Origin: Mytilus trossulus
Lineage: Eukaryota
Assembly: GCF_036588685.1 (NCBI RefSeq)
Contig: NC_086381.1
Span: forward strand, 51,398,001 to 51,462,000
Direction of reading: 5' to 3'
DNA: 64,000 nt
How positions within the stretch are numbered: position 1 is the stretch's first letter; every line of letters starts with the position of its first letter. The notes under the pieces were generated by a model. That model had not been told where the DNA came from. It worked only from the letters and a program-made list of their open reading frames with translations, and made no database searches. The translations under genes were made by a program, and so were the position numbers. Positions 63,091 through 64,000 of this stretch are shown one piece after another.

Positions 63091-64000
63091 CTGAAATTAA
63101 AAAAAAAGTAAGATAAACACGATAAAGAAATTCTTACTAAACATCAAAATCAGACATAACAGAAAAAAAAAATTCTACGGCTTTTCGTGCAAAGTTTAGA
63201 TTTTTATGATTTGTTTTATTTTCCAAGAATAACAACATGAAACAGATTGATATGGTAGAAAGGAAATGGCTTAAGACTAAGACACTATTTGAATTGAATA
63301 CAGTGTATAGTTTTATTTTCGTTTGTTACGACAAAATGTTGCTACCAGACAAATATCATATCCAAAAGTAATTTACAAGACACATATCATATGCGAAAGA
63401 AATAAATGAACCAGTTACATTATCTGTTTGTATGAAAATGTCTGGTTAAATATATAAAAAAAAGTTTGTAGTAATGATATCGAATAAAGCCATGCAAATG
63501 GCAACCTGTCGTGGTCCATCGTTATCTTTTTCATCATCCACCAAATTCTTAATCTGAATTAACAGTCAACTAGTTTTTAACAATTTGTTTTTCCAGTTTG
63601 TAAGACTATTGGAATTTGTAATAAAGATTATCTCATACAAATTAGGCACAAACGAAAAACACGTTTCCTTCAAAACATGATTTTGCATATTCAGAATAAC
63701 AATTACACGATACATGTAACTTAGAAAAGTACGAATGTTAAGTAATATTAAACAGTTTTTATGTATTTACATTCTGGTTGTAAATAGAAAGGCAACGCAC
63801 TAGCTCTACATTTTAAAGAACATGCGTTTCTCACAGTGTGTCTTCGTTGTATTATCAATAATCGAATCATCATTTTTAAACCTCAGTTAAGTACTGTTGA
63901 TTACATTCAAAATGTTTATATACTACGGTAAGATTTTTTGATCAAATGTAAAACGTCTAAATCATCAACACAATGGGTCTGTCCGTAAATTACCCATATA

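Overview
AT-rich eukaryotic genomic DNA with GT-AG introns. The repeat landscape suggests a bivalve, probably Mytilus-like (inference). Three spliced protein genes were reconstructed by hand from splice sites and reading phase. (1) A TRPM/TRPS-like cation channel on the + strand: 17 phase-consistent exons, <1..15874, 5' end outside the window. (2) A single-pass type I receptor on the + strand (~29578..42503) with a WSC domain inserted inside a divergent C-type-lectin-like domain, a second CTL-like domain, a duplicated stalk, one TM helix and a tail with two ITIMs and two YxxM motifs. (3) A second TRPM/TRPS-like paralog on the - strand (50451..>63090) with identical intron positions, so the two channels converge around the receptor. 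Both channels stop about 30-37 aa into a short terminal exon after the TRP-box exon, with no NUDT9H or kinase domain. The most striking non-coding signal is a dispersed ~200-300 bp repeat carrying type I hammerhead ribozymes with palindromic stem III. One copy looks intact (17252-17311, -), one near-intact (58612-58674, -), and several are decayed; the subfamilies show compensatory covariation in all three stems, as in retrozymes or Penelope-like elements. The rest consists of SINEs, MITEs, pearl/HINE-like elements, CR1/L2-like LINE fragments and short palindromes. Most ORFs in the supplied six-frame track are spurious.
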